The notes under the pieces: generated by a model | What the model was told of the DNA's origin: nothing | Seen by the model: only the letters and a program-made list of their open reading frames with translations | The model's database searches: none | Made by a program: the position numbers and the translations under genes | Part shown: piece after piece, positions 8,275-17,810 of the stretch | Layout of the letters: every line of letters begins with the position of its first letter | Position numbering within the stretch: the stretch's first letter is position 1 | DNA from: a virus | Reading direction: 5' to 3' (one strand) | IMG/VR virus record: IMGVR_UViG_3300020442_000007 | Coordinates: 32,001-96,000 of that record | DNA: 64,000 nucleotides

Positions 8275-9443
8275 TGCGAGTACTAGAAGTACTAGAAGAA
8301 ACACTTGTATTAGAAAATCCTGAATCTACGGATGACGAGATTAAGAAACTGCAACGTTTTGGAATATCTGCAGACAACATAGATGATTATAAAAAGAAAT
8401 CTACTCTAACAAAAAATTGGCAAACAACATCATTTAGTAAAGATGCTTGGTTCTTAATTTTTGCATTATCTAATAGCAATAGATATGCAGAAACACGCAT
8501 AGGAATCATAAAAAAGAATTTTGATTATTGGTATAAAAAATTAGTTGAGCAACCTAAACCAGACTATTCTATATCATTCTGGCTACAACAGGCATTGGCC
8601 CTTGCTAAATTACAATTAGTTTCTTCAAGTGCAGAAGATATTGTTACAGAATTAATAGGAAGAGTGCAGAATGTGTTAGGTATCACTATTGGTCCTGCTT
8701 GGCAAGCGGATGGCACAAGTGTAAAAAATATTAAAGAGCCATACAAAGATTTTTATGCAAGATTTTTACAAATACTAGGTGCGGCACCTCAAGATTATAA
8801 CTTTGGTAAAGATCCAACAGACCCAGTTGATCAGACAGATATAGACAAAGAGATTCCTCCGTATTCAGTCAAAGAAGCGAATCAAATTGCGGCTAGGTTA
8901 GAAGATGCATTAGATGGTGCATGGAGTGTCTCCCAATTATACAATTGGAGTGCTGATTTTGATGATGATGAAGTGCTAAGTATTTTATTAACAATTAAGT
9001 CTAACACCAATTGGGATCTTGTGCAAAAATCATATAAAGAATTATATGACGAAGATCTTATAGAAGAAATAAAAGACGAACTTGGTCCTAAAAGTATAGC
9101 AACTTTAAATAAACACTTAGTTGGAATAAAAGCAAAAAGTTTAGATCCAAAAAGCATCACTTCATATTCTGACAAACGTGATGGCTATGTAGTTGAATCT
9201 CCACAAGAATTGCTCAAAATAATCAAAGGATTTGAAGAGTACTTTTTCAAACAAGAACCAAAATACAAAAAATTTGCTGAGTCAAAAAGTGGTAAATCTG
9301 CACATCTTGCATTTAGCAAAAATATGTTAGATGAAATGAAAAAGCAGTTCAAAAAAGACAACAGGATTACTGTACGTGATATAAAAAGAATTTTTGCCAA
9401 ACATCGTGACGGTTTTAAGAAAACTGCTGATAATCTCTTATAA
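8271..9443 (+). CDS. protein with one annexin-like repeat
   Basis: IAARLEDALDG..DDDEVLSILLTIKSN..VQKSYKELYDEDLIEEIKDELG follows the annexin repeat consensus; likely start ATG 8274 (MRVLEV). Confidence 0.65.
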   Translation: MMRVLEVLEETLVLENPESTDDEIKKLQRFGISADNIDDYKKKSTLTKNWQTTSFSKDAWFLIFALSNSNRYAETRIGIIKKNFDYWYKKLVEQPKPDYSISFWLQQALALAKLQLVSSSAEDIVTELIGRVQNVLGITIGPAWQADGTSVKNIKEPYKDFYARFLQILGAAPQDYNFGKDPTDPVDQTDIDKEIPPYSVKEANQIAARLEDALDGAWSVSQLYNWSADFDDDEVLSILLTIKSNTNWDLVQKSYKELYDEDLIEEIKDELGPKSIATLNKHLVGIKAKSLDPKSITSYSDKRDGYVVESPQELLKIIKGFEEYFFKQEPKYKKFAESKSGKSAHLAFSKNMLDEMKKQFKKDNRITVRDIKRIFAKHRDGFKKTADNLL

Positions 9444-9475
9444 TTCAAAATATTTTCATATCCCAAATAAAATGC

Positions 9476-9504
9476 TTGACTTTCTGTTAAGTATCTAGTA
9501 TAAT
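9476..9504 (+). promoter_or_regulatory. sigma70 promoter
   Basis: TTGACT-17-TATAAT upstream of AAGGAG RBS and 9535. Confidence 0.85.
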
Positions 9505-9534
9505 ATACAATAACTAATAACTAAGGAGATACCT

Positions 9535-9795
9535 ATGAGTGACCGTACCTATGGCGTAGAAGAAAAAGCCAAATTAGAAAGGCTTGTTAACGAAGGTGTT
9601 ACTGTTCTTCAAGAGATTGAAGATTTAAATGAAGGACTCAAAGATACTGTGAAAGCAGTAGCTGAAGAGTTAAATATTAAACCAAGTTTAATTAATAAAG
9701 CAATTAAGATTGCACAAAAAGGTGATTGGGCCGCACATGCTGATGCGTTTGATGATCTTGAAACACTAGTTGTAACTGTTGGCAAGGACAAGTAA
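9535..9795 (+). CDS. T4 DsbA-like dsDNA-binding / transcription regulator
   Basis: 86-aa helical protein, pattern LQEIEDLNEGLKDTVKAVAEELNIKPSLINKAIK. Confidence 0.6.
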   Translation: MSDRTYGVEEKAKLERLVNEGVTVLQEIEDLNEGLKDTVKAVAEELNIKPSLINKAIKIAQKGDWAAHADAFDDLETLVVTVGKDK

Positions 9796-9797
9796 GT

Positions 9798-10079
9798 TTG
9801 GACAGAATAATAAGTTTTTTCAAAGAGAGCCATCGTCTCAGTCCGACAGCATTCTATTGCGAGATGGCCGAAGCAACTTTTTTAATTTCAGCAAGTGCAA
9901 TTTTGACATTTACTGTATTAGACCCTGCAACTAAAATTTTTATACCAATGTATTTTGTTGGTAGTATATTAGGTGTAATTAGTGCAGTAATAAGGCAAGC
10001 CGCATTTGTAATTGTATTGTGTAGTTGGTTTACACTTATGAATGCAATAGCATTAGTAAAGTTATTTTTTATAGGATAA
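9798..10079 (+). CDS. small membrane protein (about 3 TM)
   Basis: Hydrophobic helices; TTG start after AAGGA. Confidence 0.65.
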   Translation: MDRIISFFKESHRLSPTAFYCEMAEATFLISASAILTFTVLDPATKIFIPMYFVGSILGVISAVIRQAAFVIVLCSWFTLMNAIALVKLFFIG

Positions 10080-10082
10080 GAT

Positions 10083-12752
10083 ATGAGTTATGTAGATGCA
10101 ATTTTTGATCGTGATGCTGACATTATTAGAGCAGTAGAACGCAGAGACGGCAAAAGAAAATTCACAGAGTATCCTATCAAGTATACATTTTACTATGAAG
10201 ATCCTAGAGGAAAATACAAGAGTGTTTATGGTGATCCTCTTACTAGAGTTGTTTGTAAAACAACAAAAGACTTTAGGAAAGAAGTTGCCATAAACAATTC
10301 TAAAAAATTATTTGAAAGTGATATCAATCCTATCTTCCAATGTTTGAGTGAAAACTATCTCAATCAAGATGCACCTAAACTAAACATTGCGTTTTTCGAT
10401 ATTGAGACTGACTTTGATCCAGAGCGTGGCTTTGCTGATCCAAGTGATCCGTTCATGCCAGTGACATCTATAAGTGTATATCTACAATGGATGGAAACAA
10501 TGGTATGTTTAGCAGTCCCTCCTAAAACACTCACTATAGAGCAAGCTAAAGTAGAACTTGAAGGCATTGAAAATGTAATGTTGTTTGAAAAAGAAAGTGA
10601 AATGATTGATACTTTCTTAACACTTATTGAAGATGCAGATATACTATCGGGTTGGAACAGTGAAGGTTATGATATTCCATATCTCATAAACAGAACAAGT
10701 CGTGTACTTTCTAAGGATGATACAAGACGTTTTTGTTTATGGCAACAACTTCCAAAGAAACGTGAATTTGAAAAATATGGAAAAACAGCTGAAACCTATG
10801 ACCTAGTAGGCAGAGTGCATTTAGATAGTTTAAACTTATATCGTAAATACACATATGAAGAAAGACACAGTTACAGACTTGATGCAATCGGAGAAGTTGA
10901 AATTGGCGAAACTAAAGTTCCTTATGAAGGCACTTTGGATCAATTGTACAACAATGACTTTAGAAAGTTCATTGAATACAACATACAAGATACCGCACTA
11001 TTGGACAAGCTGGACAAAAAGCTAAGATTTATTGATCTTAGCAATGAACTTGCACATGCAAATACTGTTTTGCTACAGACCACTATGGGTGCAGTTGCAG
11101 TTACAGAACAAGCGATTGTTAACGAAGCACATCACAGAGGACTTCAAGTTCCAAACAGAAAAAAACGTGACGACGAAAGTACAGCCGCGGCAGGTGCTTA
11201 TGTTGCATTTCCTAAAAAAGGTTTACACAAATGGATTGGCTCTATGGACTTAAACAGTCTATATCCAAGTGTAATTCGTGCATTGAATATGGCTCCAGAA
11301 ACTATTGTAGGACAAATCCGTCCTGATATAAGTGATGCTCGAGTACACGAAGATATAAATTTGAAAAAGAAGTCATTTGCTGGTAGCTGGGAAGGACGTT
11401 TCAGCACAGAAGAATATGAAGCAGTAATGGACAAACGTAAAGATGTTGCACTTACAATTGACTTTGAAAATGGGCAAACAGAAGTACTGAGCGGTGCAGA
11501 GATTAACAAACTTATTTTTGATAGTAATAATCCTTGGATGCTTTCATCTAATGGTACTATTTTTACAACAGAATTTGAAGGTGTGATTCCAGGTATTCTA
11601 AAACGTTGGTATGCTGAAAGAAAAGAATTACAAGCACAACTAAAAAAAGCAAAAGACGCAGGCAATGCTATAGAAACTGAATACTGGGATAAAAGGCAAC
11701 TTGTTAAAAAGATTAACCTAAATAGTTTGTATGGTGCTATCCTAAATCCAGGTTGCAGATTCTTTGATAAACGTATAGGACAATCTACAACACTCTCAGG
11801 TAGAACTATTGTAAAACACATGAGTGCAGAAGTAAACAAAGTAATTACAGGTACTTATGATCACACAGGTGAAGCAGTTATATATGGTGATACAGATTCT
11901 GTATATTTTAGTGCCTTTCCAACTCTTAAGAAAGACATAGAGTCTGGTACTATTCCTTGGTCGAAGGAAAATGTAATTACACTTTATGATCAAGTAGCGG
12001 AAGCGGCTAACGATACATTTGAAGACTTTATGTATGATGCATTTCATTGTCCAAAAAGTAGAGCTGAAGTAATTGCGGCAGGTAGAGAAATTGTTGCAGA
12101 AAGCGGATTGTACATTACTAAAAAACGTTATGCGGCACTAGTGTATGACGTAGAAGGTTTTAGAAGTGACGTAGACGGCAAGCCAGGTAAAGTAAAAGCA
12201 ATGGGCTTAGACTTGCGTAGATCAGATACGCCTGTGTTCATGCAAGAATTCTTAAGTGAAATATTAATGATGGTGTTACAAGAAAAACCACAAGAAGATG
12301 TATTACAACGTATTACACAGTTTAGAAAAGAATTTAGTGAACGTCCTGGATGGGAGAAAGGTTCGCCTAAACGTGCAAACAAGATTGGACACTATCAACG
12401 TCTTGAAGAAAAACAAGGCAAAGCAAATATGCCCGGACACGTTCGAGCAAGTATAAATTGGAATACATTGAAACGTATGAATGGTGACAAGTATTCGCAA
12501 GAGATTGTGGATGGTATGAAGGTTATTGTTTGTAAGCTAAAACAAAATCCATTAGGTTATACTTCAGTGGCGTACCCAACAGACGAGTTGCACATTCCAG
12601 AATGGTTTAAAGAACTTCCGTTTGATGATGCGGCAATGGCAGAAACAATTATTGATAATAAACTTGGAAATTTAATAGGTGTTCTTAATTACCCACTTGA
12701 AGATACAAAACAACATAATACTTTTAACAGCTTGTTTGATTTTGGAGGATAA
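10083..12752 (+). CDS. gp43: family B DNA polymerase (T4 gp43-like)
   Basis: ExoI FFDIETD, ExoII GWNSEGYDIPY, motif A DLNSLYPS, motif B KINLNSLYG, motif C YGDTDS, TKKRY. Confidence 0.97.
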   Translation: MSYVDAIFDRDADIIRAVERRDGKRKFTEYPIKYTFYYEDPRGKYKSVYGDPLTRVVCKTTKDFRKEVAINNSKKLFESDINPIFQCLSENYLNQDAPKLNIAFFDIETDFDPERGFADPSDPFMPVTSISVYLQWMETMVCLAVPPKTLTIEQAKVELEGIENVMLFEKESEMIDTFLTLIEDADILSGWNSEGYDIPYLINRTSRVLSKDDTRRFCLWQQLPKKREFEKYGKTAETYDLVGRVHLDSLNLYRKYTYEERHSYRLDAIGEVEIGETKVPYEGTLDQLYNNDFRKFIEYNIQDTALLDKLDKKLRFIDLSNELAHANTVLLQTTMGAVAVTEQAIVNEAHHRGLQVPNRKKRDDESTAAAGAYVAFPKKGLHKWIGSMDLNSLYPSVIRALNMAPETIVGQIRPDISDARVHEDINLKKKSFAGSWEGRFSTEEYEAVMDKRKDVALTIDFENGQTEVLSGAEINKLIFDSNNPWMLSSNGTIFTTEFEGVIPGILKRWYAERKELQAQLKKAKDAGNAIETEYWDKRQLVKKINLNSLYGAILNPGCRFFDKRIGQSTTLSGRTIVKHMSAEVNKVITGTYDHTGEAVIYGDTDSVYFSAFPTLKKDIESGTIPWSKENVITLYDQVAEAANDTFEDFMYDAFHCPKSRAEVIAAGREIVAESGLYITKKRYAALVYDVEGFRSDVDGKPGKVKAMGLDLRRSDTPVFMQEFLSEILMMVLQEKPQEDVLQRITQFRKEFSERPGWEKGSPKRANKIGHYQRLEEKQGKANMPGHVRASINWNTLKRMNGDKYSQEIVDGMKVIVCKLKQNPLGYTSVAYPTDELHIPEWFKELPFDDAAMAETIIDNKLGNLIGVLNYPLEDTKQHNTFNSLFDFGG

Positions 12753-13160
12753 ATGCAGAAAAAAAATATAAAAAGCAAATTACATTGGACTACTGAAGTA
12801 AGTGAAAAAGGTTTACTTGCAGTGATTGGTGCTCTTACAATGGTAGCCGCTGGCTTAGATATATACGAAATGGTGGTTGTAGAAATGAAAATTGAATTAG
12901 CTGATTTATTTTTACTATTCATTTATGCAGAAATAGTTGGCATGGTGGGTGCTTTTTATGCAAGTAACAGAATACCTGTAACATTACCTATTGTTATTGC
13001 AATAACTGCCTTATGTAGACTAATTGTTTTGAATAGTAAAGATGCTGATCCTTGGTTACTTGTAGCAGAAGCGACTGCAATACTTGTATTAGCTGGTGCG
13101 GCATATTTAATGAGCATGAAGGATAAATTAAGTCTAGAAAAAGAAAGATTACGTAAATGA
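12753..13160 (+). CDS. psiE: phosphate-starvation-inducible PsiE-family membrane protein
   Basis: 4 TM; LADLFLLFIYAEIVGMV..IPVTLPIVIAITALCRLIV. Confidence 0.75.
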   Translation: MQKKNIKSKLHWTTEVSEKGLLAVIGALTMVAAGLDIYEMVVVEMKIELADLFLLFIYAEIVGMVGAFYASNRIPVTLPIVIAITALCRLIVLNSKDADPWLLVAEATAILVLAGAAYLMSMKDKLSLEKERLRK

Positions 13161-13498
13161 AACTACATATAAATGATATAGGCGGCGAAATTGCAAAAGA
13201 AGATGAAAGATATGTTGTAAAAGATAACACAACACTTAAAAATCTAATACTCAGTAGCACAGATTTGAAAGCAATGAAATGTACGACTGGTCATGCACAT
13301 GTAGGACAAGAAGAAATCTATAATTTTGTTAAAGGTTCGGGCAGAATGGAAATGATTGATCTCAACGGTTCTAAATATGATATTCCTTTTAAAGAAGGTG
13401 ACGTAATTTTAATTCCAGATGGCTGGTTTCATCGTGTACATGCAGGACCTTTCGGTACTTACTTTGTATGTATATTTGATGGTAAAAGGAAATATTAA
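13157..13498 (+). CDS. cupin domain protein
   Basis: HAH..QEEIYNFVKGSG and EGDVILIPDGWFHRV cupin motifs. Confidence 0.85.
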   Translation: MKLHINDIGGEIAKEDERYVVKDNTTLKNLILSSTDLKAMKCTTGHAHVGQEEIYNFVKGSGRMEMIDLNGSKYDIPFKEGDVILIPDGWFHRVHAGPFGTYFVCIFDGKRKY

Positions 13499-13902
13499 TG
13501 AAAGTAGGATTTACTTGTTCAACTTTTGACTTACTACATGCTGGTCATGTTATAATGCTTCGTGAAGCAAAAGAACAATGTGATTATCTTATTTGCGGAT
13601 TACAAATTGATCCAAGTATAGATAGAGCAGACAAGAACGCACCTATTCAAACTGTAGTTGAAAGATACACGCAATTAAAAGGTGTAGAGTATGTAGATGA
13701 GATTATTCCGTATGGAACAGAAGCTGATCTTGAAGATATATTAAGTATGTACCCAATTGATATAAGAATATTAGGTGAAGAATATAGAGATAAAGATTTT
13801 ACAGGTAAAGATATCTGTAGGAAAAGAGATATAAAATTACATTTTAACAAAAGAGACCATAGATTTAGCTCTAGCGATTTAAGGAGAAGGGTTTGTGAAT
13901 AA
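13498..13902 (+). CDS. tagD: glycerol-3-phosphate cytidylyltransferase-like
   Basis: STFDLLHAGH, ERY..L..VEYVDEI, RFSSSDLR. Confidence 0.85.
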   Translation: MKVGFTCSTFDLLHAGHVIMLREAKEQCDYLICGLQIDPSIDRADKNAPIQTVVERYTQLKGVEYVDEIIPYGTEADLEDILSMYPIDIRILGEEYRDKDFTGKDICRKRDIKLHFNKRDHRFSSSDLRRRVCE

Positions 13903-14611
13903 ACAAAATAAATTTATATTTGATGTAGACGGAACATTAACTCCAAGTAGATGTCAAATAGATATGGACTTTGCAGTATACTTTACAGATTTTTGTACAG
14001 ATAATCATGTATATCTAGTAACAGGTAGTGACAGAGAAAAAACTTTAGAACAGGTAGGTGAGGAGATATACAGTCTTGCAAAAAGGGTATATAATTGTTC
14101 AGGAAGTGATGTTTGGGAAGGTGAAAAAAATGTTTACACAAGCGATTGGAAACTACCAGAGCAGGCTAGAGAATGGTTGACAAAAGAATTAAAATCTAGT
14201 TCATTTCCATTAAGAACAGGTATACATATTGAGGATAGACCAGGAATGGTTAACTTCAGTATAGTTGGTCGTAATGCAACAATGGGTGAACGAAAGCTAT
14301 ACGTAAGATATGATACTGCAAACGAAGAAAGAGTAAAAATTGCAAAAGAATTTAAAAAACGGTTTCCTGATATTGAAGCAGTAGTCGGCGGTGAAACCGG
14401 CATAGACATATTTCCAGTAGGCAAAGATAAAGCTCAAATCGTAGAGGACTTTAATAAAAAAGATAAATTATATTTTTTCGGTGATAGAATGGATAAGGAC
14501 GGTAATGACTATTCCTTATCTAAAAAAGTACACTATGCTAGATCAGTTACTGGTTGGCAACAAACTAAAGAAACATTATGCTATCTACAAGAGGCGGGAA
14601 TAGCCGCATGA
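13895..14611 (+). CDS. HAD-IIB phosphomannomutase (eukaryote-type PMM family)
   Basis: FDVDGTLTPSR, VTGSD, IEDRPGMVNFS..GR, GGETGIDIFP.GKDK, FFGD..GNDY. Confidence 0.8.
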   Translation: MNKQNKFIFDVDGTLTPSRCQIDMDFAVYFTDFCTDNHVYLVTGSDREKTLEQVGEEIYSLAKRVYNCSGSDVWEGEKNVYTSDWKLPEQAREWLTKELKSSSFPLRTGIHIEDRPGMVNFSIVGRNATMGERKLYVRYDTANEERVKIAKEFKKRFPDIEAVVGGETGIDIFPVGKDKAQIVEDFNKKDKLYFFGDRMDKDGNDYSLSKKVHYARSVTGWQQTKETLCYLQEAGIAA

Positions 14612-15333
14612 AAATATTAATCACAGGTCATGAAGGCTTTATTGGTAAAGTTCTTTTTGACAGACTGTGGCACAAAGGTCATGAACTAATAGGTTTAGAT
14701 ATAAAAAAAGGAGATGATATTACTAAGTGTTCCTTAGAATTTACAGATCTAGATTTAATTATACATTTAGCTGGTAAAAGTGGAGTAAGAGAAAGTTTAA
14801 ATAATCCTGGCGATTATTGGACAACAAACGTTGAAGGCACAAGAAGAATATTTGAAAGATTTAAAAAAGTAAAAATATTGTATGCAAGTTCCAGTAGTGC
14901 ATACGAGCCTACACTTAATCCGTATGCGGCTTCAAAATTTATAATGGAACAAATTGCACCACCTAATAGTTTAGGTATGAGATTTCATACTGTTTATTCA
15001 GACACCCCTAGAAAAGGAATGTTCTTAGACAAATTATTGAAAAATAAATTAGAATATGTAACTAATCACAAAAGAGATTTTATACATATAGAAGACTTGT
15101 GTGATGCTATTGAATTATTATTTGGTAAAGATTTAAACGGAATAATAGATATTGGGACAGGAATAAGTGTTAAAGTCCAAGATCTTGCACCTAATGTTCC
15201 TATCCGTCTAAATACTAAAAATGAAAGGTTATATACACAGGCAAACATACAAACATTACGGAATTTGGGCTTTAAACCTAAATACAACATAGAAAAGTTC
15301 TTGACAAACAAGAATTTAGGCACTATAATATAA
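14608..15333 (+). CDS. NAD-dependent epimerase/dehydratase
   Basis: ILITGHEGFIG, IHLAG, YASSSS, YAASK (YxxxK), RDFIHIED; start MKILITG at 14608. Confidence 0.9.
   Translation: MKILITGHEGFIGKVLFDRLWHKGHELIGLDIKKGDDITKCSLEFTDLDLIIHLAGKSGVRESLNNPGDYWTTNVEGTRRIFERFKKVKILYASSSSAYEPTLNPYAASKFIMEQIAPPNSLGMRFHTVYSDTPRKGMFLDKLLKNKLEYVTNHKRDFIHIEDLCDAIELLFGKDLNGIIDIGTGISVKVQDLAPNVPIRLNTKNERLYTQANIQTLRNLGFKPKYNIEKFLTNKNLGTII
15301..15329 (+). promoter_or_regulatory. sigma70 promoter (perfect consensus)
   Basis: TTGACA-17-TATAAT driving the clamp/dpdA operon. Confidence 0.9.
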
Positions 15334-15356
15334 ACAATACAAATGGAGAAATAGGC

Positions 15357-16100
15357 ATGAAAGACATTTTACAAGACATAGTATCGCATACACATTCTTT
15401 AGGTTTCCTTAACCTAGTTAAAGTTTCCGCTGACAATGATAATACAACTATAGATTCAATGGCAGAAGACAGATCAGTGATACTATCATCGCAAACACAT
15501 AATAAAGTATCTGAATTTGATGGAACTTTTGGTATGCCTAACTTAGATAAGTTAGCATTACATTTAAAGAATCCTGAATATCAAAAAGATGCAAAACTAG
15601 AAGTAGTAAAAGCTGATAGAAACGGCGAAGAAATTCCTACACATATTCACTTTGAAAATGCTACTGGTGATTTCCAAAATGATTATCGTTTTATGAACAA
15701 ACAAATCATTGAAGAAAAATTAAAAACAGTAAAGTTTAAAGGTGCTCAATGGAATGTATCATTCAAACCAACTATTGCCGCAATAAACAGAATGAAATTA
15801 CAAAGTGCAGCACACTCTGAAGAACCAACTTTCAATGTAAAAACTGAAGACACAGGTGGGGCTACAGACTTAATTTTTAGCTTTGGCGATTCTGCTACAC
15901 ATGCTGGAAGTTTTGTATTCCAGAATGCAGTAGAAGGTAAATTAAGTCATACTTGGAGTTGGCCTGTTGCACAAGTTCAATCAATCCTTAATCTGGATGG
16001 AGAATTAACTATGAGCATAAGCGACCAAGGAGCAATGCAAATTAGTGTTGATAGTGGTATGGCAAAATACGACTATATTCTACCAGCTCAGAGTAAATAA
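15357..16100 (+). CDS. DNA polymerase sliding clamp (gp45/PCNA-like)
   Basis: 247 aa with two alpha/beta repeats; ends MQISVDSGMAKYDYILPA like clamps; located near polymerase. Confidence 0.6.
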   Translation: MKDILQDIVSHTHSLGFLNLVKVSADNDNTTIDSMAEDRSVILSSQTHNKVSEFDGTFGMPNLDKLALHLKNPEYQKDAKLEVVKADRNGEEIPTHIHFENATGDFQNDYRFMNKQIIEEKLKTVKFKGAQWNVSFKPTIAAINRMKLQSAAHSEEPTFNVKTEDTGGATDLIFSFGDSATHAGSFVFQNAVEGKLSHTWSWPVAQVQSILNLDGELTMSISDQGAMQISVDSGMAKYDYILPAQSK

Positions 16101-17626
16101 TGAACTGTGATCTAACTTCCACACAAAAAGATTATGCACACTTTTTGCCTGCCTTAAGTGGATTTTATGCTACTTACATAGGAAAACAAAGGTTTGACAA
16201 TTATGTTGAACCTTCACGTATTCCTTATGCTAACGGCATGGAATCTATGAATTGGTTAAACAAAAAAGATGGATTGTTTAATTATCATTGGACTTTATAT
16301 AGTGCTGGACATGCCGAGCTTGATATAAGCAAAGATGCACCTAAAGAAGATATGGTGCGTAACAGAGACAGGCAGAACAGTTGGTTGTTAGGTGATTCAG
16401 GTGGTTTCCAGATTGGTAAAGGTGTATGGGAAGGTGATTGGAAAGATCCTAACTGCCCTAAAGCAAAAAAGAAACGTGAACAAGTCCTTGCCTGGATGGA
16501 TGCATACATGGATTATGGTATGATACTTGATATTCCTGCTTGGGTGTCTAGATCACCTGCAGGTGCTAAAGCAACAGGTATTGATAATTATCAAGATGCT
16601 GTAAATGCAACAAGAATTAACAATGACTATTTTATGAAAAATAGAAATGGTAATTGTAAATTTTTAAATGTGTTACAAGGTGAAAATCATGCTGATGCAG
16701 AAGATTGGTATCAGCAAATGAAAGATTTTTGTGATCCTAAAAAATATTCAAATCATTTTAATGGTTGGTCAATGGGTGGACAAAATATGTGTGATGTTCA
16801 TCTAGTATTAAAAAGATTAGTGTCTTTACGTTTCGATGGACTCTTAGAAAAAGGCGTACATGATGTTATGCACTTTTTAGGCACAAGTAAACTAGAATGG
16901 GCTACATTACTTACTGACATACAAAGAGCAGTTCGTAAGTATCATAATGAAAACTTTATGATTACTTTTGATTGTGCAAGTCCTTTTTTAGCAACCGCAA
17001 ACGGCCAAGTTTATTGTGAACTAGAAACACAGGATAGATCAAAATGGGTGTATAGAATGGTTCCAAGCATAGACGACAAAGCCTTGGCAAAAGACACTAC
17101 ACCTTTTGGACAAGCATTTGTAAGAGAAGGCAAACATTCTAGTTTCAAAGATTCGCCACTTACAAAAAACTTAATGGCAAAAGATATTTGTGTATATGGT
17201 CCAGGAGATTTAAACAAAATAGGCAAAGAAGGAAAAACTAGCTGGGATAGTTTTAGTTATGCTATTCAAATGGGTCATAATGTATGGAGTCATATTGATG
17301 CAGTACAAGAAGCAAATAGACAGTATGATGCAGGCACTATTCCTAGTATGTTAGTACAAGAAAAATTTGACAGAGTGTTCTTTAGAGATATTGTAGAAGC
17401 AATCTTTATGACAGATAATAAAGATGAAGCAAATGCAATCATTGAAGAATTTAGTAAATTTTGGATGGAGATACCTGGTACAAGAGGTGCAGTTGGTAAG
17501 AAAACTGTAAATGCAGGTACTTACTTTGATTCATTGTTTGAAGTTGATAATACAAACGATACAACTACAGATATTGAAGAACTTGACGAAACTAAATTAG
17601 AGAGCCTTGTGGATGAGCAAAATTGA
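16100..17626 (+). CDS. dpdA: TGT-fold guanine transglycosylase, DNA 7-deazaguanine insertion enzyme
   Basis: LLGDSGGFQ, MILDIP, NVLQG, GWSMGG, MHFLG, TFDCAS; context with FolE/QueE. Confidence 0.8.
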   Translation: MNCDLTSTQKDYAHFLPALSGFYATYIGKQRFDNYVEPSRIPYANGMESMNWLNKKDGLFNYHWTLYSAGHAELDISKDAPKEDMVRNRDRQNSWLLGDSGGFQIGKGVWEGDWKDPNCPKAKKKREQVLAWMDAYMDYGMILDIPAWVSRSPAGAKATGIDNYQDAVNATRINNDYFMKNRNGNCKFLNVLQGENHADAEDWYQQMKDFCDPKKYSNHFNGWSMGGQNMCDVHLVLKRLVSLRFDGLLEKGVHDVMHFLGTSKLEWATLLTDIQRAVRKYHNENFMITFDCASPFLATANGQVYCELETQDRSKWVYRMVPSIDDKALAKDTTPFGQAFVREGKHSSFKDSPLTKNLMAKDICVYGPGDLNKIGKEGKTSWDSFSYAIQMGHNVWSHIDAVQEANRQYDAGTIPSMLVQEKFDRVFFRDIVEAIFMTDNKDEANAIIEEFSKFWMEIPGTRGAVGKKTVNAGTYFDSLFEVDNTNDTTTDIEELDETKLESLVDEQN

Positions 17627-17810
17627 TAGTTTAAAAAATCATATAAAAGTTTTAGAAAATAAACATAGAGAACTTGACAAATACATAGAAAGTTGTTATA
17701 ATAACACTAACATTACAGATGAACTTAGGCGTATGAAAACATTAAAATTATGGTACAAAGACGAAATTCATAGACTTAATCAAAAGTTAGTGCATATGGT
17801 GTTAAAATGA
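17613..17810 (+). CDS. DUF465/YdcH-like small coiled-coil protein
   Basis: LENKHRELDKYI...LRRMKTLKLWYKDEI. Confidence 0.6.
   Translation: MSKIDSLKNHIKVLENKHRELDKYIESCYNNTNITDELRRMKTLKLWYKDEIHRLNQKLVHMVLK

Noticed and set aside
11198-11839. 213-aa antisense ORF and other shadow ORFs on the opposite strand throughout
   Set aside because: Fully overlap well-supported genes; no RBS or motifs; expected from codon bias
10083-12752. Intein or intron in DNA polymerase
   Set aside because: Uninterrupted 889-aa ORF of normal size, no splicing or homing endonuclease motifs
16100-17626. tRNA-guanine transglycosylase (tgt)
   Set aside because: No C-terminal CxCxxC zinc motif of tRNA TGTs, and coupling to the clamp in a replication operon favours a DNA-acting DpdA
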